Positions 31,395 through 41,313 of a DNA stretch of 64,000 nucleotides are shown in pieces (position 1 is the first letter of the stretch; each line of letters opens with the position of its first letter). A program made the position numbers and the translations under genes. Source of the stretch: Geopsychrobacteraceae bacterium (GTDB lineage: Bacteria; Desulfobacterota; Desulfuromonadia; Desulfuromonadales; Geopsychrobacteraceae); NCBI GenBank assembly GCA_963676795.2, contig CAXXTB010000002.1:288001-352000 (forward strand), in the 5' to 3' direction. The notes under the pieces are model-generated. The model was not told the DNA's origin, searched no databases, and saw only the letters and a list, made by a program, of their open reading frames with translations.

Positions 31395-32873
31395 GTGAAA
31401 CTCAGCATTCAAATGATAGCCGACTGGCTGGAGCCATTTAATCCCCAAAAGTTCATTAAGTTTAACAGGTTTGAAGTAGAAACGGTTCGCTTTTATTCTA
31501 AAGAATTAGAAGCCAGTTCAAATACTATCTACATTGGCAGCCAGAGTGAAATGCGTGGGCACGGCGAAAGACGAATATGTTGCATGCATAATCATGATTA
31601 TATACTTTTGGATTCTTATGATATCGGATATATAGCAAATCAAATACTTAATGCATTTGAATATTATTCAACATGGGACAGTACAATGATATCCCTTCTG
31701 ACTTCAGGAGGTATGCTTCAAGATCTCATGGACGCTTCTCAAAATATCATTAACCGTCCCCTTGTCCTGATCGATAGTAGCCAGCGTCTGCTTGCCGTTA
31801 GTTCTAATTACAAGATCGGAGATATCGATGACGCATGGGATAGCTTTCTGAGCGGGGGCGGTTATGATATCGACTACCTTATCCAGTTAAATGAGAGAAA
31901 CCCGCAGCGCTTTGATTATAGAGGTGTCTACACCTATGATGAGCCGCTCCTTCCCCACAAGACCTGGCACTATAACTTTTTCACAAAAGGCATTTGGACG
32001 GGTCATGCCATTGTTGTCGTCTTGGAAGAGCCTATGAGTGAGGGTGGAGTAGACCGTTTTTCGCTTTTTTGCGGTTACCTGGAGCGCTGGTTTGCAAGCC
32101 ACATCCAGGAGCAGGATTCTGTGATTCTGGAGTCGCTGCTTTTGGATGCGATAAAGGACGAGCGTTTTGACTGTGCCGAGTTGTCTCGAAAACTTCAGCT
32201 CGCCGGGTGGAAGCGTGACGATCAATTGGTTTTTCTAAAGCTGGATGCCGCATATCAGCCATACAGTATCAATACACATCTATGCCGAACATTGAATGAA
32301 AATTTCGACAGCTTATATGCAATAAAATACGATCTTTCTATTTGCGTTCTATGCAATCTGTCACTTTTTTCTCTTGAAGAGCTGGAAAAAAAGATCAGGC
32401 CATTACTTTTGAGAAGTAAGTATTATGGAGTTGCAGGCCTGATTTTCAAGATGGAAGGCTCCCTGTACGGCAACTATAAATATATTGACCAGATATCGGA
32501 CTATTGCGACAAAACTCCCGGAGAGTTATATGATGGGAGGCAACATACGATGCTGTATGCAATCAGCGAACTGCAAAAAACGATCATCCCGGAAATAATT
32601 CACCCTCTTCTTTTTGAATTGCAGGATTATGATCGTAGTCATAGGACTGATCTGTACAAAACACTGTATGTGTACTTAAAAAATGAACGCAGCCCCATTG
32701 CAACGGCTAAGGAATTGAATCTGCACAGAAATTCACTTACATACCGCCTGAAACAACTCGAAGAATTGATGAGATACAATTTGGATGATTTCAATACGAG
32801 GCTTCATATTTTAATATCATATAAAATTGAAAGTGCTTCCAGTAGAACCTCTGCTGGCAACAGCGTCATGTAG
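31395..32873 (+). CDS. PucR/CdaR-family transcriptional regulator
   Basis: C-terminal L..TL.VYL....TAKELNLHRNSLTYRL HTH typical of the PucR family. Confidence 0.85.
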   Translation: MKLSIQMIADWLEPFNPQKFIKFNRFEVETVRFYSKELEASSNTIYIGSQSEMRGHGERRICCMHNHDYILLDSYDIGYIANQILNAFEYYSTWDSTMISLLTSGGMLQDLMDASQNIINRPLVLIDSSQRLLAVSSNYKIGDIDDAWDSFLSGGGYDIDYLIQLNERNPQRFDYRGVYTYDEPLLPHKTWHYNFFTKGIWTGHAIVVVLEEPMSEGGVDRFSLFCGYLERWFASHIQEQDSVILESLLLDAIKDERFDCAELSRKLQLAGWKRDDQLVFLKLDAAYQPYSINTHLCRTLNENFDSLYAIKYDLSICVLCNLSLFSLEELEKKIRPLLLRSKYYGVAGLIFKMEGSLYGNYKYIDQISDYCDKTPGELYDGRQHTMLYAISELQKTIIPEIIHPLLFELQDYDRSHRTDLYKTLYVYLKNERSPIATAKELNLHRNSLTYRLKQLEELMRYNLDDFNTRLHILISYKIESASSRTSAGNSVM

Positions 32874-32893
32874 CCTGGATGTTTTATCATCAG

Positions 32894-32933
32894 AAAAAAA
32901 GGACAGTTCGCGATTACACGAGCCGTCCTTTTT
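32894..32933. terminator. Bidirectional terminator between the PucR gene and hydrolase 1
   Basis: A-run, ggacagttcg/cgagccgtcc imperfect stem, T-run. Confidence 0.65.
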
Positions 32934-33014
32934 ATTGCATTACAGAAGGGCCACGATTAAAAAAACAAATCAACTTCGATAATCCTGCAATTTCTGCATT
33001 CTATCGAAACCCTG

Positions 33015-33851
33015 TTAGTCCTCAAGGATTCTGCCCTCCTGCTCCTTGTAGATTCTTGGCAGGAGGCGCGCCAGGTTTGCGTACTCCCTGACATTGTGCT
33101 GCGCAAGGCTCTTCGGTACGATTTCCGGAATCCTTACAGGCTTCGGCAGGCAGTGGACTGGTACCTGGTCGACCATCTTTTTACCCATCCAGAAGCGGGT
33201 TCTCATTTCGACGCCACCTTCAATCTCTCTGCAGAAGTGACACATAGCTGCAGGGTTCTTAAATCCAGGTGCTCCAGGAGGTGGATCAATCATACGCGAA
33301 ACACCATTACCACCGAAGAAAACCATGGTTTTGGGGTCGTACTTGCTCATATCAAAACCAAAGTCTTCGGGTGACATGAAGCTGATGTAGATGTCTTCGG
33401 TAGGACCGTCGCAAGACTCCACAACGTGGTGAGTCACACCGTAGATCTTTTCCTCGTAGCTGAGCTTCGGGTCAAGTAACTTGGCCCGATCTTCCTGAGA
33501 GGTGGAGATGTGGTAGTGACATGGCGGAAACCAGATCTTGTAGCGCAGGTCCTCAACGGCATGCCAGGCAAACCACCACTTCATCATGTCGAGGGTAACA
33601 CCTTCGAAGATGTTGTGGTTGGCGATAAAGCCGGAACCATCGTCCATGACGCACCAGCCGATTTCGGTATCCAGGTAACCTGGGTTCAGCAGGTCGTCTT
33701 TCTTGTCCAGGGGCAGAGCCTTGGATGGATCTATAGGAACCTGCATTTTGGCCATTTTTTCTGGGTCAAAGGGAGCAGGTTCTTCGTAGAAGTACTTTGC
33801 GTACGACGTATTTTTCTGAGCTTCAGTTAAAGCGTAACGTTCCAGGAACAT
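33015..33851 (-). CDS. DAPG hydrolase (PhlG) / phloretin hydrolase family C-C hydrolase, copy 1
   Basis: WWFAWH, RYKIWFPPCH, HHVVE, CHF.RE..GG.EMRTRFWMG, HNVREYANLA; a His/Glu/His/Glu metal-ligand pattern is present. Confidence 0.85.
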   Translation of the reverse strand: MFLERYALTEAQKNTSYAKYFYEEPAPFDPEKMAKMQVPIDPSKALPLDKKDDLLNPGYLDTEIGWCVMDDGSGFIANHNIFEGVTLDMMKWWFAWHAVEDLRYKIWFPPCHYHISTSQEDRAKLLDPKLSYEEKIYGVTHHVVESCDGPTEDIYISFMSPEDFGFDMSKYDPKTMVFFGGNGVSRMIDPPPGAPGFKNPAAMCHFCREIEGGVEMRTRFWMGKKMVDQVPVHCLPKPVRIPEIVPKSLAQHNVREYANLARLLPRIYKEQEGRILED

Positions 33852-33866
33852 GATAGCTTTCCTCCC

Positions 33867-35582
33867 TTATTGTTTGGCCGTCGGTTGATAACGATACTGA
33901 TCGATCGGAATATCCTCGTATGTGACATCAATCGATCCATCCTTGTCCTGAAGAACAATCCATTTCATCCAGTTCTGATCGTCACGTTCTGGATAATCTT
34001 CACGGACGTGCCATCCTCGGGTCTCTTTTCTCAGAAGAGCTGCAGTGAAATACAATTCCGCACAAAGAGCCATGTTACGGAGGTCGTGCCACTGTCCCAG
34101 CATGTGGAAATCATTCTGTGGGCTCAGTTCAGGCAGGCGACTCTGAACGTGCTTTACTTTGTCGAGCGCCTCTTCAAGCCGATCGGCATGCTTTCTGACT
34201 GAGTAGCGTGGTGGAGCAATGGCTTCCTTCAGGTAGAAGATGTGGTCACGAATGTCGCGGCCTTCGGTTATCTCCATCTGGGCAAATATTTGTTTACGGA
34301 ACGCGTTGGCCTGTACTTCGTCAATAACGAGCTCTTCTGCGTTCTGAGTTCTTGCCACGACCTCATCGACACACATAAAGGCAGAGGCGGCTGCCCACAT
34401 CAGTCCTGAACCTCTCATGCGAGCCGGAGCTGGGACTGCTCCGCCAACAGAGCAACCAGTACGTGAGGTGTCGCCGATTGCCCACAATCCATCCATGGTG
34501 GTTTTCATGGAGTGGGTAACTTTCAGCGGAGCAAACTCACCTATAAAGATTGGGTGAACGATAGGCTTCCATCTTGAATCGACAGTGAATTTTTCTTCTT
34601 TGCCCATTTCCAGCCAGTGGAACCTGTCGGCCCATTTTCTGTCCCATTTGAACAGAAAACCGCCAGCTCCGAGAGGGTTGTTGTTGAAAAATTCGGTTTC
34701 TTCAAAAACGATAGGGCCTCGACCTTCCATGACTTCCTTTTCCATGCCGAGGAAGATGCCGATATCGAAATCACATTCAGTTTCGGCGCAGTATTCAGGA
34801 GCAAGTCGCTTGCCTTCGCTGTTGTAGATGGAGTACTGGGAACCAACCTGAACCGCGCTGCCGCCCGGCAGGCCGACATTGTAGAAGTTAGAGTACTCGG
34901 CGTTCTGAATTTTGGCACCGGCACGATATGCGGCAGCGATACCGTCGCCCCGCCCGGAACGCCACATGTGCATGACATCCCAGTTACAGCTGCCGGTTGC
35001 CAGGATGGTCGATTTCGCGTGGAAGCAGTTGTATTCGCCGGTGACGATGTTGAAGCCAACGGAACCGGTGATTGTGTTACCCTGTTTCAGTAGTTCGACA
35101 GTCTGGACCTTGTTGACCAAGCGAATGCCGATTTTTTTGGCATACTTGTGCAGAATAAACATGAAGTCCAGATCGATAGCGGTCAGGCACCAGAGTGGAA
35201 GACCTTCGGCGCCGGAAAGGCTGCCATCAACCTCACGCATGCAGGGGATGCCCCAGCGTTCGAGGTCCTTGACAACTTCACGACTGGTGAGAGCATACTT
35301 TTCGAGCAGGTTCTGGTCGTTCAGGTAGTGGCCGATGTTTTCGAGATTGTACTTGATGAACGAGTCCAGATCCTTGTCTTCCGGGACGACCTGAAGAACA
35401 CCGGCACCTTTATTTGCTTTGCTTCCCGAGAGTCCAGTCGTTGCTTTATCGACAATCAGAACGTCCAGATTTTCATCTTTTTCTTTAATTTTGATTGCTG
35501 CATACAAACCTGCAATTCCGCCACCAAGGACGAGAACATCACTGGTATAAACCTGACCCGCTTCTTGATTCTTATCACTCAT
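33867..35582 (-). CDS. FAD-dependent oxidoreductase, AprA/SdhA-FrdA flavoprotein superfamily, copy 1
   Basis: DVLVLGGGIAG, LATG, GDG.AAAYRAGA..NAE, GLWAIGD, RKETRGWHVREDYP. Confidence 0.85.
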   Translation of the reverse strand: MSDKNQEAGQVYTSDVLVLGGGIAGLYAAIKIKEKDENLDVLIVDKATTGLSGSKANKGAGVLQVVPEDKDLDSFIKYNLENIGHYLNDQNLLEKYALTSREVVKDLERWGIPCMREVDGSLSGAEGLPLWCLTAIDLDFMFILHKYAKKIGIRLVNKVQTVELLKQGNTITGSVGFNIVTGEYNCFHAKSTILATGSCNWDVMHMWRSGRGDGIAAAYRAGAKIQNAEYSNFYNVGLPGGSAVQVGSQYSIYNSEGKRLAPEYCAETECDFDIGIFLGMEKEVMEGRGPIVFEETEFFNNNPLGAGGFLFKWDRKWADRFHWLEMGKEEKFTVDSRWKPIVHPIFIGEFAPLKVTHSMKTTMDGLWAIGDTSRTGCSVGGAVPAPARMRGSGLMWAAASAFMCVDEVVARTQNAEELVIDEVQANAFRKQIFAQMEITEGRDIRDHIFYLKEAIAPPRYSVRKHADRLEEALDKVKHVQSRLPELSPQNDFHMLGQWHDLRNMALCAELYFTAALLRKETRGWHVREDYPERDDQNWMKWIVLQDKDGSIDVTYEDIPIDQYRYQPTAKQ

Positions 35583-35597
35583 TATTTGTCTCCCATA

Positions 35598-35879
35598 TCA
35601 CTTTTCAACATAAGATTTCGGGTAAAACTCCCGTGGGAAAGGCTCAGGCATTCGCACGGGGTTGCGGGGGATAACCTCGATTGCCTTAACGGGGCAGATG
35701 ATCTCACACCAGTTACAGGTTGCGCACTCTTCCGGATACTTCGCGAATGGCTTCTTAGACTTCTCATCGAATCTGATGACGTCCATGTGGCATGTGTCGT
35801 AGCATTTTCTGCATCCGACACATTTCTCCAGATCAATCTTGATCACGTGAGCGGTATAATTACTGAAAAATGTTCCCAT
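35598..35879 (-). CDS. 2x[4Fe-4S] ferredoxin, AprB-like, copy 1
   Basis: CVGCRKCYDTC and CATCNWCEIICP. Confidence 0.88.
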   Translation of the reverse strand: MGTFFSNYTAHVIKIDLEKCVGCRKCYDTCHMDVIRFDEKSKKPFAKYPEECATCNWCEIICPVKAIEVIPRNPVRMPEPFPREFYPKSYVEK

Positions 35880-36171
35880 AGCAGCTTCCTTTCGTGTGTA
35901 AATGCTATTTTGGGAATATTAGTGATTGAACCTCAGTCAAGTCTAATGCTATTGCCTCATGGCGCTTATTCTTAAAATTACTGATGCTGCTCACTGCTGT
36001 TCGGTTAAGAAACCGTGAAGAACTGTAACTTTTGATAATGGTATCTTTTTTTCCGTCATTGGCACGTTTTTGATTTGAATTTGCCTCTCCTCTGCGAGGA
36101 GATTTTTTGTAACTTATGCAGGAGAGATCGGTTAATTGTTTCAAGCCGGATAGCGATTCAAACCGTGACGA

Positions 36172-36208
36172 AAAAAAATCCCGTGAACTCATCGGAATTC
36201 ACGGGATT
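36172..36208 (-). terminator. Terminator of the hydrolase2-ferredoxin2-flavoprotein2 operon
   Basis: aatcccgtgaa..ttcacgggatt stem with a T-run on the minus strand. Confidence 0.75.
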
Positions 36209-36261
36209 CTTAACTGAAGGAAAGAACAATAACTTCAGCTATTACTTATGTCTCTAAGCAC

Positions 36262-37965
36262 TTAACGGCCCGGAGGCGGCTGGACCGGCCAGTTCTTGTA
36301 TGGGACATCCTCGGTATCAAATACCATCTCTCCATCAACATTTTTGACCGTGATGTACTTGAGCCAGTTTTGGTTGTCCATATCCGGGTAGTCTTCCCTC
36401 AAGAACCAGCCCCGTGATTCCTTCCTCAAGGAAGATGCCTTGAATTGCATCTCGGCGGACAAGACCATCGCTTCAGCCTCATGACAGTTAGACAGGTCAT
36501 GAAGATCCTTTGCTGCCATTTGTGGAACTTTCTTCTTAATCTTAGAGATCTTTCTGTCTCCGATGTCGAGTCGGCCTTGGCTCATGTAGACACTGTTCTC
36601 AATCGGGCCAACAGCTTCTCTGACACCATCGATAACTTCTTCAGAAGAGACACCTGCTTCTCGCTGCAGCGGTGCGTAAGTTCTTTCTTGACTCTTCGCA
36701 ACCTGAGCTTCATCGACACGGGCAGCCCTGGCAGCTGGAACATATTCACTGATAGATTCCGCTGCAAGAAGACCGTTAAATACAGCGTTCAGGATACCGG
36801 ACCCCCTGTTTCTTCCCGGAGGGGCAGGTACGGCCCCGGTCGCTCCCGAACCGGTGTAAGAGATGTCGCCGATAGCGTACAGGCCATCAATAGTCGTCTT
36901 CATGTCGTGATCGACCTTAACGGGTGACTGCTCTCCGACCAGCGCCATGGTGACTTCTTTGTTGTCACCGTCGACCTCTGCAGCCTTGCCATAGATCTTT
37001 TGCCAGATCTTGAGGCCGTAAGGTCTGTTCCAGACAACCGGAGTCGTGAACATGACAACGCCCTGTGCCGTGACCGGGTGTTCTTCCGGATGGATGTAGA
37101 TAGGGCCTCTGCCAGCGGACATCTGCTTATACCATTCTGCAACTGCACTTGAGCTGACATCGGCCTCAGGGAAACGTCGGAAGTTCTTTGTGACATTATC
37201 CCCCAGAGCGTTATACATGACATTTTCACTGAAAACGAAATCATGATGGCTGTTTGCTTTATATAATTGAGCAAAGTTGCCGAATTCGGGATTTCTCATT
37301 TCCGCACCGGCGCGATAAGCCGCGGCGATGCCTTCGCCACGCCCGTTCCACATCCCCATGATTTTATAGTTCTGGCTACCGGTAGCGAGAACAACAGACT
37401 TTGCCTCAACGACGTAGAATGTACCGTCCAGGAGACTGAACCCTGTAGCGCCGACAGCCTTACCGTCATTCGTCAGGACATCGGACAGAGAGACCTTATC
37501 CATAAACTCGACACCAAGCTTGCTGGCCGTGCGTCTCATCTGGACGGTGATATCAAGATCGACACCTATCATTCCTGTCATTGGACCAGTTGGGATAACC
37601 TTCAGCGACCCATCTTCGTTGTATGGGACCTTTACGCCCCATTCGACCAACTTGTCGATCATCTCATTGTTCATGGAGACATATTTATGCAAGATCTCCT
37701 GGTCGCCCAAATAACAGCCGACATTATGAACATGGTACTCAACAAAGTCCTCAGGTGTAATCCGTTTCGAATCGAAGTACTGGAGAACACCACCGCCCCT
37801 ATTAGCTTTCCCGCTATAGCCGGCAGTATTTTTCTCCATGACCACAACATTTATTTCAGGATTCAGTTCCTTGATTCGGATTGCTGCTGTAAGACCTGCG
37901 GTGCCACCACCCAGAACAAGAACATCGGTCGACATTCTCTTCTGCTCGTATTGAACTTCCTTCAT
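36262..37965 (-). CDS. FAD-dependent oxidoreductase, AprA/SdhA-FrdA flavoprotein superfamily, copy 2
   Basis: DVLVLGGGTAG, LATG, GEGIAAAYRAGA, GLYAIGD, RKESRGWFLREDYP; clear paralogue of 33867-35582. Confidence 0.85.
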   Translation of the reverse strand: MKEVQYEQKRMSTDVLVLGGGTAGLTAAIRIKELNPEINVVVMEKNTAGYSGKANRGGGVLQYFDSKRITPEDFVEYHVHNVGCYLGDQEILHKYVSMNNEMIDKLVEWGVKVPYNEDGSLKVIPTGPMTGMIGVDLDITVQMRRTASKLGVEFMDKVSLSDVLTNDGKAVGATGFSLLDGTFYVVEAKSVVLATGSQNYKIMGMWNGRGEGIAAAYRAGAEMRNPEFGNFAQLYKANSHHDFVFSENVMYNALGDNVTKNFRRFPEADVSSSAVAEWYKQMSAGRGPIYIHPEEHPVTAQGVVMFTTPVVWNRPYGLKIWQKIYGKAAEVDGDNKEVTMALVGEQSPVKVDHDMKTTIDGLYAIGDISYTGSGATGAVPAPPGRNRGSGILNAVFNGLLAAESISEYVPAARAARVDEAQVAKSQERTYAPLQREAGVSSEEVIDGVREAVGPIENSVYMSQGRLDIGDRKISKIKKKVPQMAAKDLHDLSNCHEAEAMVLSAEMQFKASSLRKESRGWFLREDYPDMDNQNWLKYITVKNVDGEMVFDTEDVPYKNWPVQPPPGR

Positions 37966-37992
37966 TTTCCTGTTCTCCTTTCTTACAGCAAA

Positions 37993-38232
37993 CTATCTAT
38001 ACCGATCAAAGGTTTGATACCAGCGCAAACCCTCGAAATCAATATCCAGAGTAATACATTCCTTAGGACACAGCGCTTCACACATGGTGCAATGCATGCA
38101 ATCTTGCGGATAAGCAATAATCGGCTTCTTCTTTTCCGCATCCCATCTGATGACGTCAACAAAGCACGCCTTATAACAGATCTGGCAGCCGATGCACTGC
38201 TCTTCATCTACAGTTATTTTATGATTTGCCAT
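37993..38232 (-). CDS. 2x[4Fe-4S] ferredoxin, AprB-like, copy 2
   Basis: CIGCQICYKAC and CMHCTMCEALCP. Confidence 0.88.
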   Translation of the reverse strand: MANHKITVDEEQCIGCQICYKACFVDVIRWDAEKKKPIIAYPQDCMHCTMCEALCPKECITLDIDFEGLRWYQTFDRYR

Positions 38233-38256
38233 CTCGAAAATCTCCTTAATTACCTA

Positions 38257-39075
38257 TCAAAAAAAATTGTCTTTTTCTTCTTCGTAGATTCTTGGTAATA
38301 GCGAAGCCAGGTTCGAGAATTCTTTTATATTATGTAGAAGCAACATCTTAGGCCCAAAAGGCGGCATTCTGAATTTATCTGGCAGGGCTTTCACATCTTT
38401 ACCATCAACGACCGTCCATCCCATCCAGAAACGGGTACGAAGCTCAATGCCTCCCTCAATTTCTCTGACAAAATGGCACATAATAGTTTCCGTTGACGCC
38501 AACGGAGGCTGTCCCTTGCCGTTACCCTTGGCGCACACGATCGTTCCGCAAGCCTCAGTACCGATCTTGCTGGAGTCGAAGCCGAGGTCGGCAGGATTCT
38601 TGAAGTTGATAAACAGCCCTTCAGGTCCCATCCCGATATCTTCCACCACCTCATGGGTGGTATCCCAGTACTTCTCCTTCATGGTCAGATCGGGATCAAG
38701 TGCCTTTGCCTTCTGCATAGACACTGCACTGTAATGGTCAAAAGGATTCCAAACGCTGTAGCGTGGGCTGTCGAGGCCATGCCAGGCAAACCACCAGTCG
38801 AACATTTCGACAGTGACACCCGGCATCTTGGTAAGGTTGGCGACATAGCCGGTTCCGTCCGGCATGGTACAGTAACCGATCTCCGCATCAAGATACCCGG
38901 GCTCAAACAACCGGTTGCGATCCTTGAAAGCCAAAGCCTGGGGTGGAACCAGCATCTGGGCCTGGGCATAGTGCTCCGGCGACCCATCCACCATTTCTTC
39001 GTGGAAATACTTAAAGTAGCTTTTTGTCTTGTCGGCTTCACTTACGGGAACCCGACCCTTAGAGGGGCCTTGCAT
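38257..39075 (-). CDS. DAPG hydrolase (PhlG) / phloretin hydrolase family C-C hydrolase, copy 2
   Basis: MFDWWFAWH, RYSVWNPFDH, HEVVED, CHFVRE..GGIELRTRFWMG, HNIKEFSNLA. Confidence 0.87.
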   Translation of the reverse strand: MQGPSKGRVPVSEADKTKSYFKYFHEEMVDGSPEHYAQAQMLVPPQALAFKDRNRLFEPGYLDAEIGYCTMPDGTGYVANLTKMPGVTVEMFDWWFAWHGLDSPRYSVWNPFDHYSAVSMQKAKALDPDLTMKEKYWDTTHEVVEDIGMGPEGLFINFKNPADLGFDSSKIGTEACGTIVCAKGNGKGQPPLASTETIMCHFVREIEGGIELRTRFWMGWTVVDGKDVKALPDKFRMPPFGPKMLLLHNIKEFSNLASLLPRIYEEEKDNFF

Positions 39076-39544
39076 CTGTTACCTCCAAATCCTGTTCGCT
39101 TTACATGAAAGAAATATTTGAAAATATATAATCATGCTTGTGCAAAAACTGTCTAATGCCGATGTCTTATTAACCCATTACAAAAATCGACAGTAGTTGG
39201 GTGGGCTACCATCGGTGGGGGTGAGTGCTTGATAGCGGTGAAGCGCAGATATTCTGCTAGACTTAAGGGGATCGATAAGTATTTTGCATGTGTTCATGTT
39301 TATATTTAATTGGTGGGAAGGGGGCGACCTGAGTAGACTGAATTGGAAGATTTTTGAGCGGCCATTAATTGATGCTGTTCAGGGGCAACACACTGTCCTG
39401 TCGTCTTTTGGTGATTTCTCTAAGAAGAGCTCGGGGGAATCGGTCTATTGTGTGGCTGATAACTGAATTTTTAAATTTCACTGTGCTGCAAATCCGCTGG
39501 GCCGGCAGATCGAGGATGTCATCATGTGACAGACTGGAGGATTT

Positions 39545-40426
39545 ATGAATGAAACACAGCTTAAATGCTTTTATTATGCCTGTGAGCATCTCAATTTTAC
39601 CGAAGCCGCAGCGCGGGTATTTATCACTCAACCCGCCCTGAGCAGAAATATCGCCCGACTCGAAGATGAACTAGGCTTTCAGCTTTTTGTCCGTGACGTC
39701 AGACATAAGTGTGTGCGCCTGTCTCCGGCCGGAACCGTATTTTATGAAGGATTAAGGTCGCTCAAGGGACATTTTGAAGCCCTTGTCGCGGAGTCTAAAA
39801 GGGCGGACCGCGGTGAGTCCGGGACGTTAAAGCTCGGCATCTTTGAGGACGAGTATATCGACGAAACGCTGCAGGGGGCGATTTTCGAATTTTCCGAGCG
39901 CTATCCCGACGTTGAACTGATCCTGAAGAAGGTCGGCTACGAGGGGCTGGTTAACGGTCTGCTTGAAGACGACTTCGATATAATTTTCACCCTGGAGTTA
40001 GATGTTCAAAATCAGGCCGAAATCGTTTATGACGATATGTACTATATTCCTGTGCGCTTGGCGATGCACAAGTCGCACCCGCTTGCCGAACGGAGCGATC
40101 TGTCGCTCGTCGATTTCAGGGATGAAACCTTTATTGTCTTTCCGAATGAGGTTGCCGGTCGACTGAATGACCTGCTTATGAAGACCTGTGGTGCCGCCGG
40201 CTTTGTGCCGAATACCATTGTCGCTTCGGACCTGAAGACCCAGCTGCTGTGGATTGAAATCGGCCGCGGTATCGCCGGAGTCAGTGGGCGTAGCTATATC
40301 GCCAACAGTCCGACGATCAAGATGATGCAGATTGCCGACATGAAGGATGTCATGTACGTCCGTGCCTGGAAGAGGGAAAATTACAATCCGGCAATCGCGT
40401 TATTCAATTCGGTAATGGATCTATGA
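39545..40426 (+). CDS. LysR-family transcriptional regulator, divergent from hydrolase 2
   Basis: LNFTEAAARVFITQPALSRNIARLEDELG HTH; RBS GGAGG. Confidence 0.93.
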   Translation: MNETQLKCFYYACEHLNFTEAAARVFITQPALSRNIARLEDELGFQLFVRDVRHKCVRLSPAGTVFYEGLRSLKGHFEALVAESKRADRGESGTLKLGIFEDEYIDETLQGAIFEFSERYPDVELILKKVGYEGLVNGLLEDDFDIIFTLELDVQNQAEIVYDDMYYIPVRLAMHKSHPLAERSDLSLVDFRDETFIVFPNEVAGRLNDLLMKTCGAAGFVPNTIVASDLKTQLLWIEIGRGIAGVSGRSYIANSPTIKMMQIADMKDVMYVRAWKRENYNPAIALFNSVMDL

Positions 40427-40700
40427 ATTTTTGTCATTAGACAGATCCCCGAATGTGACATTAGTATGCTCCAGTCCGTCATTCCATTGTTGTTTTGACT
40501 GAAATACATATAGAACCTGCCTCGGGTACTTTCCATTTGTAGATAATAGAAAACTCTCCAGTTTACTTGTCTGTGGAAGTTCGCTCTGTACGCCTTTGTG
40601 CTCGTTGGGTTGGTTAGGCATGTCTGCGTCTGTTTTTTTGGTCTCGTGTCAATGGATTTGACCTGTGGATAAATGAATTACTCTCAACTTAAGTGAGCAC

Positions 40701-41288
40701 ATGCCCATGGTAACCCTGATCCTGATCTTAATCAGCGCCGTCTTTGTCAACAACTTCGTGTTGGCCCGTTTTCTGGGGATCTGTCCCTTTTTAGGGGTCT
40801 CGAAGAAGGTCGATACCGCCCTTGGGATGGGGATGGCGGTTATCTTCGTCATGACCGTCGCCTCGGTCGTTACCTGGTTCATCCAGTACTTCATTTTGGG
40901 GCGTTTCGGCATCGAGTACCTGCAGACCATCGCCTTCATCCTGGTCATCGCCTCGCTGGTCCAGCTGGTCGAGATGGTCATCCAGAAATCGAGTCCTGTG
41001 TTGTATCAGTCGCTCGGCATCTTCCTGCCGCTGATCACTACCAACTGCGCCGTCTTGGGTGTCGCCGTGCTCAATATCCAGAAGAGCTACAGCTTCCTGG
41101 AGTCGGTCGTCTTCGCCATCGGCGCCGGGCTTGGCTTTACCCTGGCCATGGTCCTGTTCGCAGGGCTTAGAGAGCGGATCGACTTAAGTCCGGTGCCCAA
41201 AAGCTTCTGCGGTACCGCCGTCGCCCTGGTCACCGCCGGTCTGCTGTCACTGGCCTTCATGGGTTTTGCCGGCCTAGTCAAAGGCTAG
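40701..41288 (+). CDS. rnfA: Rnf complex subunit A
   Basis: [29 protein letters not shown]. Confidence 0.93.
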   Translation: MPMVTLILILISAVFVNNFVLARFLGICPFLGVSKKVDTALGMGMAVIFVMTVASVVTWFIQYFILGRFGIEYLQTIAFILVIASLVQLVEMVIQKSSPVLYQSLGIFLPLITTNCAVLGVAVLNIQKSYSFLESVVFAIGAGLGFTLAMVLFAGLRERIDLSPVPKSFCGTAVALVTAGLLSLAFMGFAGLVKG

Positions 41289-41313
41289 CCGTTTCCGATA
41301 GAGGATTAATCTT

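Noticed and set aside
36060..36075. TGGCACG sigma-54-like site
   Set aside because: No GC at the -12 position and on the wrong strand for the neighbouring genes.
33867..38232. Adenylylsulfate reductase aprAB or succinate dehydrogenase
   Set aside because: Same superfamily only. There are no sat/qmo or membrane-anchor genes and no covalent-FAD His motif, and each copy is linked to a PhlG-family hydrolase.
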